Origin: Geosiphon pyriformis uo1
Lineage: Eukaryota; Fungi; Glomeromycota
Reading direction: 5' to 3'
DNA: 64,000 nucleotides
Assembly: GCA_016748015.1 (NCBI GenBank)
Contig: JAAOMT010000599.1
Location: 62,001-126,000, forward strand
Shown: in pieces, positions 38,569-51,602 of the stretch
Position numbering within the stretch: position 1 is the first letter of the stretch
Layout of the letters: each line of letters starts with the position of its first letter
Program-made: the position numbers and the translations under genes
The notes under the pieces: model-generated
The model's input: the letters and a program-made list of their open reading frames with translations, nothing else
What the model was told of the DNA's origin: nothing
The model's database searches: none

Positions 38569-41500
38569 CTATACACTTATATTAACAGAAACTAGGTTAC
38601 CAATACCTGAAAAAAATGAACAAGACTTGCAAAAGCCAAAACAGACACCAAAAGCTTTAGCAATACCAAGCAATTTAATTATACCAGCCAAAAACCCCGA
38701 AACCAAACCAGAAACCAAGATGAAGATTGAGCTATCTACTGGGATCAGGCTATTTTTTTCCATAAATATGTGATGCTTAGCACAGACCAACCAAATGTCA
38801 TTCCTGAAAGCAAGACAAATAGATTGCACAAAATTAGCAATTTTAACACCAGCAACTTTGGGATCATGGAAGATGAAAATAGCCTCCTGAAGCATCCATT
38901 GAAAACAAAACTCTTGTAAAGAGCTGAGAAAAGTGGGAAGTCCAAAGCACAGGTTGACAGCAGTTGTAATACACCTAAAGAAGGAAGAGAGAGACCAAAA
39001 AGCACCCTCCATAAAGACATACAAGATTCCAAGATCTGATGACAAGCTGAATCATCAACCATATAAAAAAACACATGATTAGACACCTCCACCTTACCAC
39101 AATACAAACACAAAACACTAGAGTAACATTTATTGTAAATGCACTTCCAAACAGCCACAGAAAGCTGACAGTGCAAAGTCTTCATAAGATAAGTTCAAAT
39201 ATTAGCAGTCAGCCTGCTGGTGAAACCAGTGGCCATATGCAAATTAGGGTGCCAAATCCTGGAAGAACAAAGCCAATTGACATCTGAATGCAAATCACCA
39301 TCTAAAAATCCAGAACCAGAACTGATCTCTCAATTTGCATAACAAACAACACAAAAAACATCATAAACAAAGTGCCTAGAATTACCAGAAACAACACTAC
39401 CATCTACCAACAAAAAATATTCACTAATACAAAGAGGAAGATACCAACCAGAGAAAGACACAGTATTAGCGAAGCTATTAGCATAATCATTCTCCAAAAC
39501 ACCAGAGTGGCTCTTAATCTTGTGCTATTTAACACTTAAATTCTTACTGCAAATAACATTTCTGATATGCTGACATTTGACCCAACACCAATTGTAAAAA
39601 TCAAGACACACTAGGTCAAACTCCAATCTGCAAGCATTCAAAGCTGCCTGACTATCCAAAAACAGATGAACAGAATGAGCTGCAGACACGCACTTTAGAG
39701 CCAACGCTATAGCTTGCAGCTCTGTTAAAGTGGATGACACTAAGTCTTGAACACTAATATCCAAACCCAAATTAATGTTCTCAAAAAAGGCAGCAGTTCT
39801 GGCTCTACAACCAATCATGCCCAAATTCTTTAATGAACCATCCATGTACACAGACAAGCTATCAGTGCCAACCTGAGAAAAACAATCACAAACAGACACA
39901 AAATCATTAGAACCATGAATGTCCAGAGGGCCAACATCAGCCAATGCTGAGAGAGAAGAATGAGGAGCCACAAAAAATGCAACAAAAAGTTTGAACCATT
40001 TAGAAACTGGACTATGAGGGTCCAGCCTCTTCTACTGCTTAAAGATGTGCCAGCTAAAGACACTATCATTACAATCATAAAGCTGGTCCACAAAGACAAT
40101 GCTATAATGCTGGAAAGAAGATAAAAACTTGCAAAACAAAGACTCACCAAGAACAACAGACATAGGTACTCCACCATGAAACTGGAAAGAGCTGGCCAAA
40201 GAGCCACCCAAAGATAACTTGCAGTCAAAAAGAATGTGAACCATACCAGCTAAGAAATTATTAAAAACATTGACATGAATACAAGCAGGAGAAACCAATG
40301 GATAGACAGGTTGTCAACACAAAACCTATAAGTCATAAGACCTGTAACTGAACAAGTGCTCCAAAATCTCACCAGAGTTTGCAAAACTAATAAGCAAAGC
40401 AACCTTACCCTCAGATTGACACTACAAAAAAGACTTCAAACCATAAAAAAAGAGGTGGTGAATTGTATCACTAGGAAAGTCCAGTTGAAGACCAGATTTT
40501 AGTTTCAAGCCCTTGCGAATCAAAGCATCCCATTTGTTGTACACACTAATAAGAACAAAGCTAAACTGTGTTCTATAGCTTACAATAGGGTGAAGAATTG
40601 CCAAAACCAAATACAAGAACTGTTTATCTGAGACAGCTTTTTTCAATACCAAATTAGTGAAAAAACAAACATCTAAATGCGTCCTTATCAAACTAGATTT
40701 AGAAAAACCCTCAGTTGAAAGAAAAATACCCAAGTATCTATGAGACTCCCCCTTTTTGGCGATTGAAATAGGCAGACCACTTATAGAAAGAAAAGAATTG
40801 CTAATCCTGCTGTTAATAAGAATTACTACTGTTTTGTCATTGTTAATTGAGATATTATTGATCCGAAAAAATTCACTGGCAACATTGAAAATATGTTGAG
40901 TAGCACTTTGACTGCTACCAACCCAAATTATATTATCAATAAAGACACCAGCAGCAAAAAAGAAAAAATGCCCAGCCCAAGATTTGGCATGACCATTTTT
41001 AGAAATAAAATAAGAATTCAGTCTATATCTACATACACTCTCCTAATGCTTGACTTTACACAACAAAGGATCATAAAATATTCACCACAAAAGGGGAGAG
41101 AAAACTTCTCCTTGATCCAGATCATCATGTACATGATAACTATCCATCAAACCAAAATCTGTCATAATCCAGTTGGTATGATTATTGTGAATGTTGCCAA
41201 AAAAACGAATGAATTTGCTACATATCTTAATCCTGATCAAATTATTTTTGAGATATTCCCAGCCAACCAAATCATATGCTTTCCGCATGTTCTGCAGAAC
41301 CAGCCAAAGTTCTCAGTCCTTTTCCAAAGCATCTTCAACTACCAAACCAATTGCAAAAATAGGAGACTGAGTTGTTATACTCTTTAAAACCAAGAAATTG
41401 TCCACATAAAGGACATCAAAAGCACTATATGCTGAGGAGATTCTGTTAGAAAGAATCTTAAAAAGAATCTTACAAGCCATTTTGATCAAAGCAATAGAAT

Positions 41501-42547
41501 AAGTATTGGTCAAAACACCCTTCCACTCATATGGTTTAAGAATTATTGAGACCCAGACCTTTTTCCAAGAGCCAAACACTGATTCATCAGATAGACAAAG
41601 ATTCAAAATCACCAAAAACATATTCAGAACAGACTTATCGCAATGTTTCCAAAGTTCATTTGAGATACTAGACAAACCAGCAGCTTTGCCATTAAGCAAG
41701 TCAGAAACCACCCCAAAGAATTCATCAAAACCAATTGGGCACATTACACCAGAAAAGACCTCATCAAAAATATATTCCAAAGGTTAATATTGATGGCACC
41801 AATCAATTAATACATTATCAGCCACATGACACTTCCTGGTTCATTCCTCCATGATTACATTCACCTTAGACTTAACCAAACCAGATTCCAAAATCAGATT
41901 ATCATTAACCACCAGATAGTCTAGCACCACTTTACAAAACGGACACTTTAGTATACTCCTGATTGTATGATTCTTGTTAACCTCAAAGCTTTCCAGTCTC
42001 TTATCAATGGCAGACTTGATGTTTGCTTCTTTAGCTCTCAGAGATTCAGTGAGTTTGGAAGCACAATAAGACTTTCTAGCACCAAAAAGAGCAGAACAAA
42101 TATGATTAGAACTAGCATCAAAATCCACCAGATTTTGAACAACAGAAGACTTGACATTGTCCACAGAACTCCAGTATTTTATAAGATAAACAAAGGTTCC
42201 AGCATCTTCCTTATGTAAAACCTTAACAATCCTAGAAATTAAAAGCTCCAATTTATAAAATTTTGAAGAATCTTTGGTGAAAACTTCATCAAACTCTTTG
42301 AACCACTTTTTCTTGAAAATTTCATTAACCAAAAGAGTCATAATTTTGCACACAACACACCACATAGCATCTAAATTCGAAAACCTTACAGATGCAGTGA
42401 ATTTACCTGAGAACATTGTAGCATTGACCAGCATAAAACTTTTAAAATTATTCTATTTAATCTTATCAGCACTCTTGAAATTGAACTTCCATTAATCCTT
42501 ATTTGCCTGTTTGCAAAAAAAGTTTAATCTTGTATCTAAAAGACCAC
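38569..42547 (-). pseudogene. LINE 2 ORF2, 3' part (RT, RNase H, C-terminal CCHC)
   Basis: MRKAYDLV, DQGEVFSPLLW, GIFLS, VYMDGS..TELQAIALAL..DSQAAL, CLYCGKVEVSNHVF. Confidence 0.92.
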
Positions 42548-43378
42548 TGTTACAGGTGACTATTTCTGGTGTTGGATTAAAGAACAAACCTGTAACTTGA
42601 TACTCAAATCTAGTTGCAGTTGATAGTAGTCTGAAGATTTGTGTCTGAAAGGTTTGTATCTGAAGGGTTTGATTGAGTTCTTTGTATAATAGACAGAGAT
42701 TCAATGGTAATAGTTTTATCTGTAGCTTCTCAAAACTGCAGTTTCATCAATTTTTTTCTCAGCTTGATGGCTGGTATTCCTCCTGGTAAGCTATCTTCAA
42801 TCAAGTGTTCTACCCTTATTTTTGGGTCTTTTACCAGTCACGTTTATTCTAATATCAGTATCCTGTGCATTAATCCTCAATAGAGTTAGTAAACAACAAT
42901 AAAATTAAGGCAAAAAATAAAGAAAAAAAAAGAAAATAAAGAAAGAAAAGAAATAAGCTAAGGCGATTTGCAAGTTAGTATTCCATCAATAGCCATGATC
43001 AAGAGCTATTGTTCCAGTGTGGTTAAGTATTAATTACTATCAACATAAAGTGTTAATAGTGGCAATAGGTTTGAGATAACAAACAGTTATTTATTTGTGG
43101 TTTGGAAAGTTGTCTAAATAAAATCTAAACAGAGAGATCTGTTTTTTTAGCTTCTAATCTTACTGTTATATATACATAATTGAGATTTCTTAATTCCTCA
43201 ATTCTTCACAACAGGAATCCTGGAATTCTGGAATCCTGTAATTTCTTATAAGAATCTTGTAATTCCTGAAATCTTGCAATTCCTGAGAGGAATCCTGGAA
43301 TTCTATATTTTACTATGTCTACTTCTGATTGGTTAATAACTATGCTAATATATATTCTCTATATTTCTATGAGTAACA
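42548..43378 (-). repeat. 3' LTR of B (831 bp); PPT AAAAGGAGAGAATAA adjacent at 43379-43393
   Basis: Direct repeat of 51603-52473. Confidence 0.97.
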
Positions 43379-43379
43379 T

Positions 43380-44021
43380 TATTCTCTCCTTTTAATATTA
43401 AGCTCCGTCAAAATCTAACTCTGTTAATTCCTCTTCTTAAAGTATTTCCTAAATTTTATTTTCAAGAATTACTTGTGTTATTTGAGTCTGTAATTCTTCA
43501 AATTGAGTATTGGTAATCTTTCCTAATTGATTACTGATAACTGTATCTATTGCTTTATTAAGTAAGATTTCTGGTCAATCCTGAAATGCTATGTGTATTT
43601 GGTATATGGCTCAGGCCTGTGTGAATAAGTTGTTCTTTCCCACAAAATGTTCTAATTGTTGTAGTATTCTTGTGTCAAATAATTGCTTTGTTTTATCCAT
43701 ATATAAATTCTAGATATTCATGTGTTGTCTCAAGTAAAAATAACAATAGTTTCTTGGAAATTGTTATATTCACCAATTCCAAGTTTCTTTAGTCAAGTTT
43801 TGGTATAGTGACTCTTTTGTCGACTCTTTTATTGCTAATTTTACTTTCACAATGATTTTGTCAATGGTATTTTCTGTTTTCTTCTGTGTTCTATATGGCG
43901 ATGTCTTTCTAGTGTCTTAATATTGGATGGTTTATTGATTAATTGTAATTTTTATCTCTTGGTGTTGAATCAATTGAAAGAGTTGTTGTACTAGTGAGTA
44001 GATGTTGTCTGTAATTTCCAT
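43380..44021 (-). pseudogene. ORF3 of element B
   Basis: ATG at 44021; MEITDNIYSLVQQLFQLI...NYCYFYL...AIYQIHIAFQD*PEILLN...LGKITNTQFEELQTQI; stops and a frameshift. Confidence 0.75.
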
Positions 44022-44064
44022 TTTTTTGATATTTTTTGTCACATCTATATATTTTTTTGATAGA

Positions 44065-47000
44065 TTAATTTAATGTGTTGTTGTCAATGATGATGATTGG
44101 TTCCAGATCTCATGGAATCTCCTCTGGTTAGACTAGTATTTTTTGTACTCTTAATTGTAGAATATTACTGGTGGATGGTGGTGTGATGTTGTGATATGGT
44201 TTCAGTCGATCTCCATGTGCTGCTTTGGTTAAGATTTTGTTATCCAGTCTTAATTTGTAAGCTTTATTCCCTAGAATTTCTTTTATGTGAAATGGTCCAT
44301 TCTATTTGGAGTTGAATTTTTCACTCCATTGTTTTTCCACTTTGGTACGATGTAAGAGTATTTTGTCTCCAATCTTGAATTCAACTGGTTTGTCTGGTAG
44401 TTGATTATCATGTCTTTCTTTCTGTTTCTCTTGTGACTTTTGTATGTTATTAGCTGCTCTTCTTCATTTGTTTTCCAATGTTTCCATTAAGTCATATGTT
44501 CTTCTTAACAATGTTTCTTGGAAATTTTCTTCTGTTATTGGTTCAGTTGGATATGTGTTAACCTCTATCTCAACTGGTAATGTTGCTGTTCTACCGTATA
44601 TCAATTCAAATAGTGTTGCTTGTGTGGTGTCTTGCTTCATTGTCCAATAAGCAAATAATACTGATGGTATAAACAAATTCCATTCATCCTGGTTTTTTTG
44701 GCTGAGTTTCACTATTGCTTCACACAATGTTCTATTAAATTTTTCAACTAATCCATTGGTTTGTAGATGGTATGGTGATAATAGTAGTCTCTTAATTCCG
44801 AATCTTTGGCTTAGTTCTGCTAATGTTCTATTTACAAAATAGGTTTCTTGGTCTGATAATAGCTCTTTTGGACATTCATGTCGACAAATCAGATCTTGAT
44901 GAACAAATTTGGCAATGGATTCTGCATCTGCTCTTTGAATTGCTTTGGCTTCTGGCCATTTAGTAAGATAGTCCATGGCTACTGCAATATATCTGTTGCC
45001 TTTACTGGTAATTGTCAATGGTCCGACTAAATCGATTCCAATGTGGTCAAATAGTTGTCTCACTTTTTGTAATTACTCTGGTTGGTTGATCTGAATCTTT
45101 TCTATTTTTTTGATAAAGTATATTTTGGTGAGTGATAAAATATTTAGATTGTTGTTTGATCCTCTTTTGTTCTGGTTGAGATAATTTCTCCTTGAACTGT
45201 TGAGTATCTATATAATGTTGAAGTTGTTGATATTTTTGTGTGTTCATCTTTTGTTATATTTTTGTGAGTATTGTTTTGGTTTTGTTATATTTTTGGGTTG
45301 AAATGTTCTTAGATTTGTTTCATTTGCAACAAACTGTTGGCATTTTCATTGTTTTTTTCCTTTTTATAATGTATAGTATAAGTATATGTCGAAAGAGCCA
45401 TTTTCTATCTTGACTGTCTTCCGTCTCCAAATTTTTGTTTTTGGAGTAATGTCAATTCTTTGTGATTTGTGTACACCTCAAACTTTTGGCTCAAGTATTT
45501 TTTCTATTTCATAACTGCCCAATAGATTGCTAGATGTTCTAATTCTGGTGTTTCATAGTTCTTTTCGGCTGGAGTCAAACCTCGGCTGACATATGTGACT
45601 GGATGTTCTCTCCTATTCAATTCTCTCTGAGATAGTACTGCTCCCAATGCTTGATCTGATACATCAGTGATAATAATAAATGGTTTACTATAATCTGGAT
45701 AGATCAATACTGGAGCTTGAATAAGCTTTTTTCTTAAGATGTCAAATGCTTCTTGTTGGGTTTCAGTCCATTCATACTTTGCATTTTTGGTTTGAAGATC
45801 ATTAAGTGGTTGTGCTATCTTTGAAAAGTTCTTTATGAAGTGTCTATAATAGCTTGCAAATTCCAAGAATGATTTCAGCTCAGTTACGTTGGTTGGTATT
45901 AGAAAGTTTTTTACTATCTCTATTTTCTCCAGATCTGTTTTTATGCCATCTTTGCTAACTATGTGTCCCAAGAATTTTAGTTCTGTTTTGCCAAAAAAAC
46001 ATTTTGTTGCATTTAATTTTAATCCTGCTTATCGTAGTCTTTTGAACACTTGTTGGAAATGATGTAGATGATCATCAAATGTTTTTGGTGTCATCCAAGT
46101 ATACAACTACTGATTTCCACAATAAGCCAGTATACATGATTTCCATTAGCTATTGAAATGTAGCTAGAGCATTGGTTAAGCCGAATGACATAACTTCAAA
46201 TTCAAAGTTTCTTTCTTTTGTGGTGAATGCTGTTTTTTTTTTGTTGACTGGATCTATGGCTACTTGCTAGTAACCACTATCTAAGTCTAACATTGAGAAC
46301 CATTTGTTTCCACCAAAAGCATCAAATAGTTCTTATATCCATGGAGTTGAATAGCTGTCTCTATGAGTTACACCATTGAGTTTTCTGTAGTCTACACAAA
46401 ATCAGATTTTTCTATTCTTTTTACAGATGAGTACTACTGGTGATGACCATGGGCTCATTAATGGCTAAATTAACCTGTTGTCAAGTATTTAATTGATCTC
46501 TTGACAGATGATTTCATGGCTGGCTGGTGGTACCCTATATGTTTGCTGTTTGATTGCATTTCCAGTCTTGATCTGATGCTAAATAATATCAGTTCTGCCA
46601 AATTTGTTTTCACTAGTGAAGATGTTATTGAAATTATTGAGTAACATCTTTAGTTGCATCTGTTGAAGTGGGTCTAGATTTCCTATGTTTATCTGTTTTA
46701 ATTGTTTTGGCTGTAACAAATAACATTCGTTTTGTCTGTAGATGGTTTGTAATGTAATGTCTACATATCCACAAAGCTGTGGAAAATCTGGAATGCTGTT
46801 TGGTGTTTGATCTTCCATTTCCATGGTTAAATATCCAAGAGTGGTTCCTTCCGGTATCTCTACAACATTTCCAGTGTTGTTGTAGATGGAAATTTTGATA
46901 TGGTTATGGCTTTTGGCTGGTATGTGTAGATTGATAAGTCCAATTTTTTCTGATTCACAAAGGATTGCTTCTGTTTCAAAAATCTGTTCTTGCTCCTTCT

Positions 47001-50000
47001 CTCTCCTTTCTATTGCTAACATGTATCAGCTATATGGTGGAATAGAAATTGTTTGACCAGTTGAGATAATTTCTCCTTGGCCAATAATTTTTTCCTCCAC
47101 CATATTGACTAGTACATCTATTTTACCTATTGATTCAAATCCCTGTATCTCTCTTGCTGTTATCCCTAATTCTTTTCTATTTCCCACTAAAACTAACTGA
47201 GCTATTTTCACCAGAGGCAGGAATATTGCCTGTGCTATCCTTTCATTTGGCTCTATAATATAGCCCTTTTCTGAATTATTTTGTAGTATAGCAATGATAT
47301 TTCCTACATATCCTGTATCAATTATTCTTCCTTTGATGTTTATTTCTTTTTTTGCTAAACTATTTCTAAATGCTAATTGAACTATTGTTGTTGCTGGAAT
47401 TTCCAGTGCTATTTTCAGATTGATATAAGTGCACAAATGGGGTTCCAATTTGATGGTGTTCTTTCCTGAATATCTCAGATTAAATCCTGTATTAGTATCA
47501 TGTGCACATTCTGGCATGATACCTTTATCATTATCACTGAACCATTTTAGTTCTTGCTCTTTGGTGAGGTCAAAAAGTACAATATATTGTTTGTAGTTTG
47601 AATTGGAGTTTGAATCTGAGTTGGAATCATTGTCATTGTTATAGCCATTTTGAATAAAGCTGGAACTGTTATTTTTGTTATCGTTATTGTCAGAGTTTGA
47701 ATTGGGGTTGGAACTCGATTCCAATTCTGATGTGTAGCTATTGATTGGTTCTTCTTCTTTGGGGATTGTGTAGATCATGCATGGTGGTGATCACAGAATT
47801 GGAAATTACATGGAATCAAACAGTGGTCACATAATCAGGTGTTGATTTCTTCCAAGCATTGCTCTTGCTCTTTTCTTGTGGGTGCTAGATTCTGATAGTG
47901 TTCATGGAATTCTTCTGGGCTGTTTTCTAAGTCGATAAAGGTGCCCAGATTGAGAACCAAAACAATGTCTGTTGGTTTTGAAGGGTTATTTTTGATTTCC
48001 AGAATTTCACTGGGCGAAGTGCCTTCTATTTTGGCATTGGCCATTTACCAGATCTTGTCCTCATTATGTGGATAGCTGTCTAGACAGGATATAGCTCAGT
48101 GCCATGCTGCTATGATGGGCATACCATGATTCATCCAGTTGCTGATAAGGATTGTGTATTGGCACAAAATGTTGCACATTCCTCCTTGACTAGGAATGTT
48201 GTTCCACATTCTTTCGTCAAATAATTGTTTGCCGCAAGCAAGACATAGTTTGTTGTCCTACTTTCCTTGTCTTTTTGGGTAGCTATATCATTCCCTATAG
48301 CAGAGCTTGCAATAGTAATGGGTTCGCATCCAGTAGTCTTTGTCTAGTGCTATCCAAGCTTCTATTAAGAACAGTTTCTTCTCACAGTCCTTGCATTTGA
48401 GAGATATATATGGTGGCTCTTTTATTGGTTCACGTGAGTATTCTCTTTTCCAGTCACTAGTTATTTTTTCTGTAGTAGTGGTTTCTTCAGGTATGTTTTC
48501 TTCCCTTTTTCCTTGTTCTTTTCTTTCTAATCTAGAATTGGTGGCATTTCACTTTGGTTGTTGTTGGTCCAAGTGTCAATAGTGGCTTCCCAGATAGGTT
48601 TTTCTCTTTGTTTCTTCTTTCCATTGTCATTGTTGTCCCAGGCGAGTATTGGTGGCAGTTTGTTGTGGTCGATGTTGGCCCATGAGACTTGATATGCTTT
48701 CCAGATGGGTTTCACTTTTTTTTTCTCGAATTTGATAAGTGGTGTTGATGGTGTAGTGATAGGATTAAAGTGGCCACACGTGGCTAGTACCTATGTGTAT
48801 CGACTGTTTTGGCTAAGCTGGAGCTCTTAGGTGTTTCAATCTAGAGTCATGTTGGTTTTGGACAGCCAGTTGTTCCCAACGAATGCTTGATATTGAGTGG
48901 CTTTTATGATGAGTACTTTGATTGGTACTATAATGTCATTGACTTCTATGGAGAAATCATCAATCTCTCCAATGGGTGTTTTGGTTGTTCCATTAGCTGT
49001 AATAATCCTGGTGCTAGCAGTACGATTAACTCAGCAATCTAATTGATTCATAAGTTGTCTTGTGATGATGCTGCCAGCTAATTTACTATTTAGAATCAGT
49101 TTGATAGAATGACCATCAACTTTCGCATCAGTGTACATCGTGGTAATGGATTTTTTCTTGTATGTTGCTCCACTGAACAAAAGTGGGTTGATGGTTTCCT
49201 CTAATTTGAAAGAAAAGATGGCTATGAGAGATTTGTTTTCAGTGACTGTTGCTGGTGAAATATTGTTGGTGAGTGTTGTTTGAAGTGGGTTGGATTCCAA
49301 GTTGTTGGTAGTGGCATCTTCTGGGGTAACCAGAAGACTTAAATAGTTCTGGGAATTTGGGTTTTGGGTGGAACCAGTACTCAGATTCCACTGTTAAAAG
49401 CCTGATGGTTGGTGAGAAAAGTTGGGGATTAGTTGATAAACAACCATCGCCAATCTCCAGTTTTGAGTGATTCTAGGTCTTGGGTTTCCTAATGTCATTT
49501 GAGTGGGGTTTTGGAGTGGTATTTGAATTGGTTGTTGGTGCTGATAAATTATTTGGGGCTGCGGCTGATAAATTACCAGTGGCTGTGGTTGATAAATTGG
49601 AGGTTGATATACTGGCAGTTAATAGATTGGTTGCTGCATCATTGGCAGGTAAGTGGTTTGATATTGGTCTTGATTTGGATAGTGATTCTGAGTCTGAAAT
49701 TTGCGATCAGGGTTTTGATATTAATTTCCCAATTATGGATTGTTGCTATAAAATTGACAGTCAGCTCTAAAGTGACCTTGTTTATTACAGTTGTGGCAAA
49801 CACGTGTTTTTGGCTGCCACAGCTGATTGGGTAATGATGATAATGATGATGTTGATAGACACAGCTAATTTTGGAAATGATTTATGTTTCCTGAATTATT
49901 GCGTCATTGTGGTGGTTGATAAATTGCATGATTGTCAACTAAGTATCCCTCTAGTTTCTGATTGATTGTATTACTGAATTGTTTTAGTTTGGAATCCAAG

Positions 50001-51543
50001 TCAGATGATCTGTTTATCACTAAATTTACAGCTTGGGCATGATTGGCTTCTAGCTTGGCTGCTTTAAAATCTCTGGCATAGATGATGGCAGTTGGAAGGT
50101 CAACTGAATGCATTGGACATACTCACTGAAGGATGTTACTGTGTAATTCTCTGATGAACTGGTTTAAGATCTGTGATGCTGTAAAGTAATCAGCTTGGAT
50201 TGCCTGAATTTGGTGCAGATTTCTATGGAAATGTCTCAAGTAAGTGGTGACTGCTTTTGTGTCCTCTTGTTTAATGGTGGTGAATGTGTTGATCAAGTGA
50301 TTGATACTATTGTTATTACTAAAGTATCTCAAGAATTCTGTTTTGAACTCATTGAAAGTTTGTGGTTTGGTGGCTAGGCTCTGATACTATGAGTTGGCGG
50401 TATTTTTGAGAAAATAGGGGATTGCTTAAAAGGCTCTACCATCATTCTATCTATTGGCCACTATGGTTTTTTCAACGTCATTGAGCCATATTTGGGCATT
50501 GTTTTTTTCGCTGGTAAAATTGTCAAGTTTTGTGATTGGTGCATAGGCTATTGGATCTAAGTTGAGTTGTTGTGGTGGTAGTTGAAGTGGTTGTTGTTGC
50601 ACAGATTGTTGGGGTGGTAGTTAAAGTGGTGGTTGTATGGGTTCAGCTATTGGATTAATTAGTGGTTGATTGATGATGATTACTGGAGATAAGTTTTGTT
50701 GATTTATTAAATCAGGGTTTTGATTATCCTGAGTTGGTGGTGTCTGAATATTTGAAGTTTTGATTTCTGGATTTTCTGGGCTTAGATTTTGCTAGATTTG
50801 AAGATTTGGGGTTTCAAATTCCAGGTTTTTCAGTGATCGGGTTCTGGTAAGTGAATTCTTGATCTTCAGCTTTTTTTTTTCTCTTCTTCTGATTCTATTA
50901 CTTCTTACGGATCAGAAATTCCAAAATCTGGGGGAGGTGGTAGTGATCAAAGTCCTGATGGCATTAATAATCGCGAGTTAAATCCTTCAAAATACACACT
51001 GTATGGTCCTAATAACTCTGCTTTTCTTTGTTTACTTTGGAAAAGGAATTGTCCAAATATTGATGTCATGTTTGATGTGATTGCGCCGGTAAATGTAATA
51101 TTAATGGTACTTCCAGATGTATAATGGTATGATGGATTAGTTGGGGACTCAACTCTTGTTTTTTTCTAAGTAGATGGTTGTATTTTTTTGGGTATTACTG
51201 TTAGTATTTGCAGTTTTCCTTTGTCTTTGCTCACATAAGTAATGGGGTATCTTTGCTGTGTATGGTGTTCAATTTCTTTGTTGATTTCCGTGATAATGGA
51301 GGCGAAATTGTGATTTGTTGGCAGGTTGGTATTTTGAATTAATTCACTGTAAAAGGCTTCTCTTGCCAATTTGATATTTACTGATGTTCCTAACAGATAG
51401 GCAATTCTTTTGTTGATGTAGAAATTGAAAGCTGATTTCACTAATATGTGGTTGTGGTTTGATCTCAAATGTTGACAGTAGTGTTGAAATAAAGATTTTG
51501 CGAATTCTAGATGGTTTGCTCCTATGTTTTCTGATTTTGCCAC
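44065..51543 (-). pseudogene. Gag-Pol of B, same domain order as A, with frameshifts and an integrase HHCC deletion
   Basis: CHNCNKQGHFRADC (49757-49798); LILNSKLAGS; Cys-rich region 47790-48410; IGIDLVGPL..DYLTKWPEA..PYHLQTNGLVEKFN. Confidence 0.92.
47120..47550 (-). pseudogene. dUTPase domain within pol of B
   Basis: NTGFNL, RNSLA, RIIDTGYVGNI, ERIAQ, REIQGFESIG. Confidence 0.9.
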
Positions 51544-51582
51544 TTTTAGATTTGTGTTGGTGCTGGTTTTCTGTAGGATTAT

Positions 51583-51600
51583 ACCTCACAGGGAGCACCA
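51583..51600 (-). promoter_or_regulatory. Primer-binding site of B
   Basis: TGGTGCTCCCTGTGAGG, 2 nt inside the 5' LTR; complement ...CCUCAC-AGGGAGC-A-CCA has T-stem/acceptor-stem geometry (Ile-UAU or elongator Met type, identity unconfirmed). Confidence 0.85.
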
Positions 51601-51602
51601 AA

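Noticed and set aside
40893-41787. Plus-strand ORFs opposite LINE/Gypsy genes (also 52437-52874, 60301-60696, 49480-49834)
   Set aside because: Antisense shadows with no motifs, not conserved between paralogous copies
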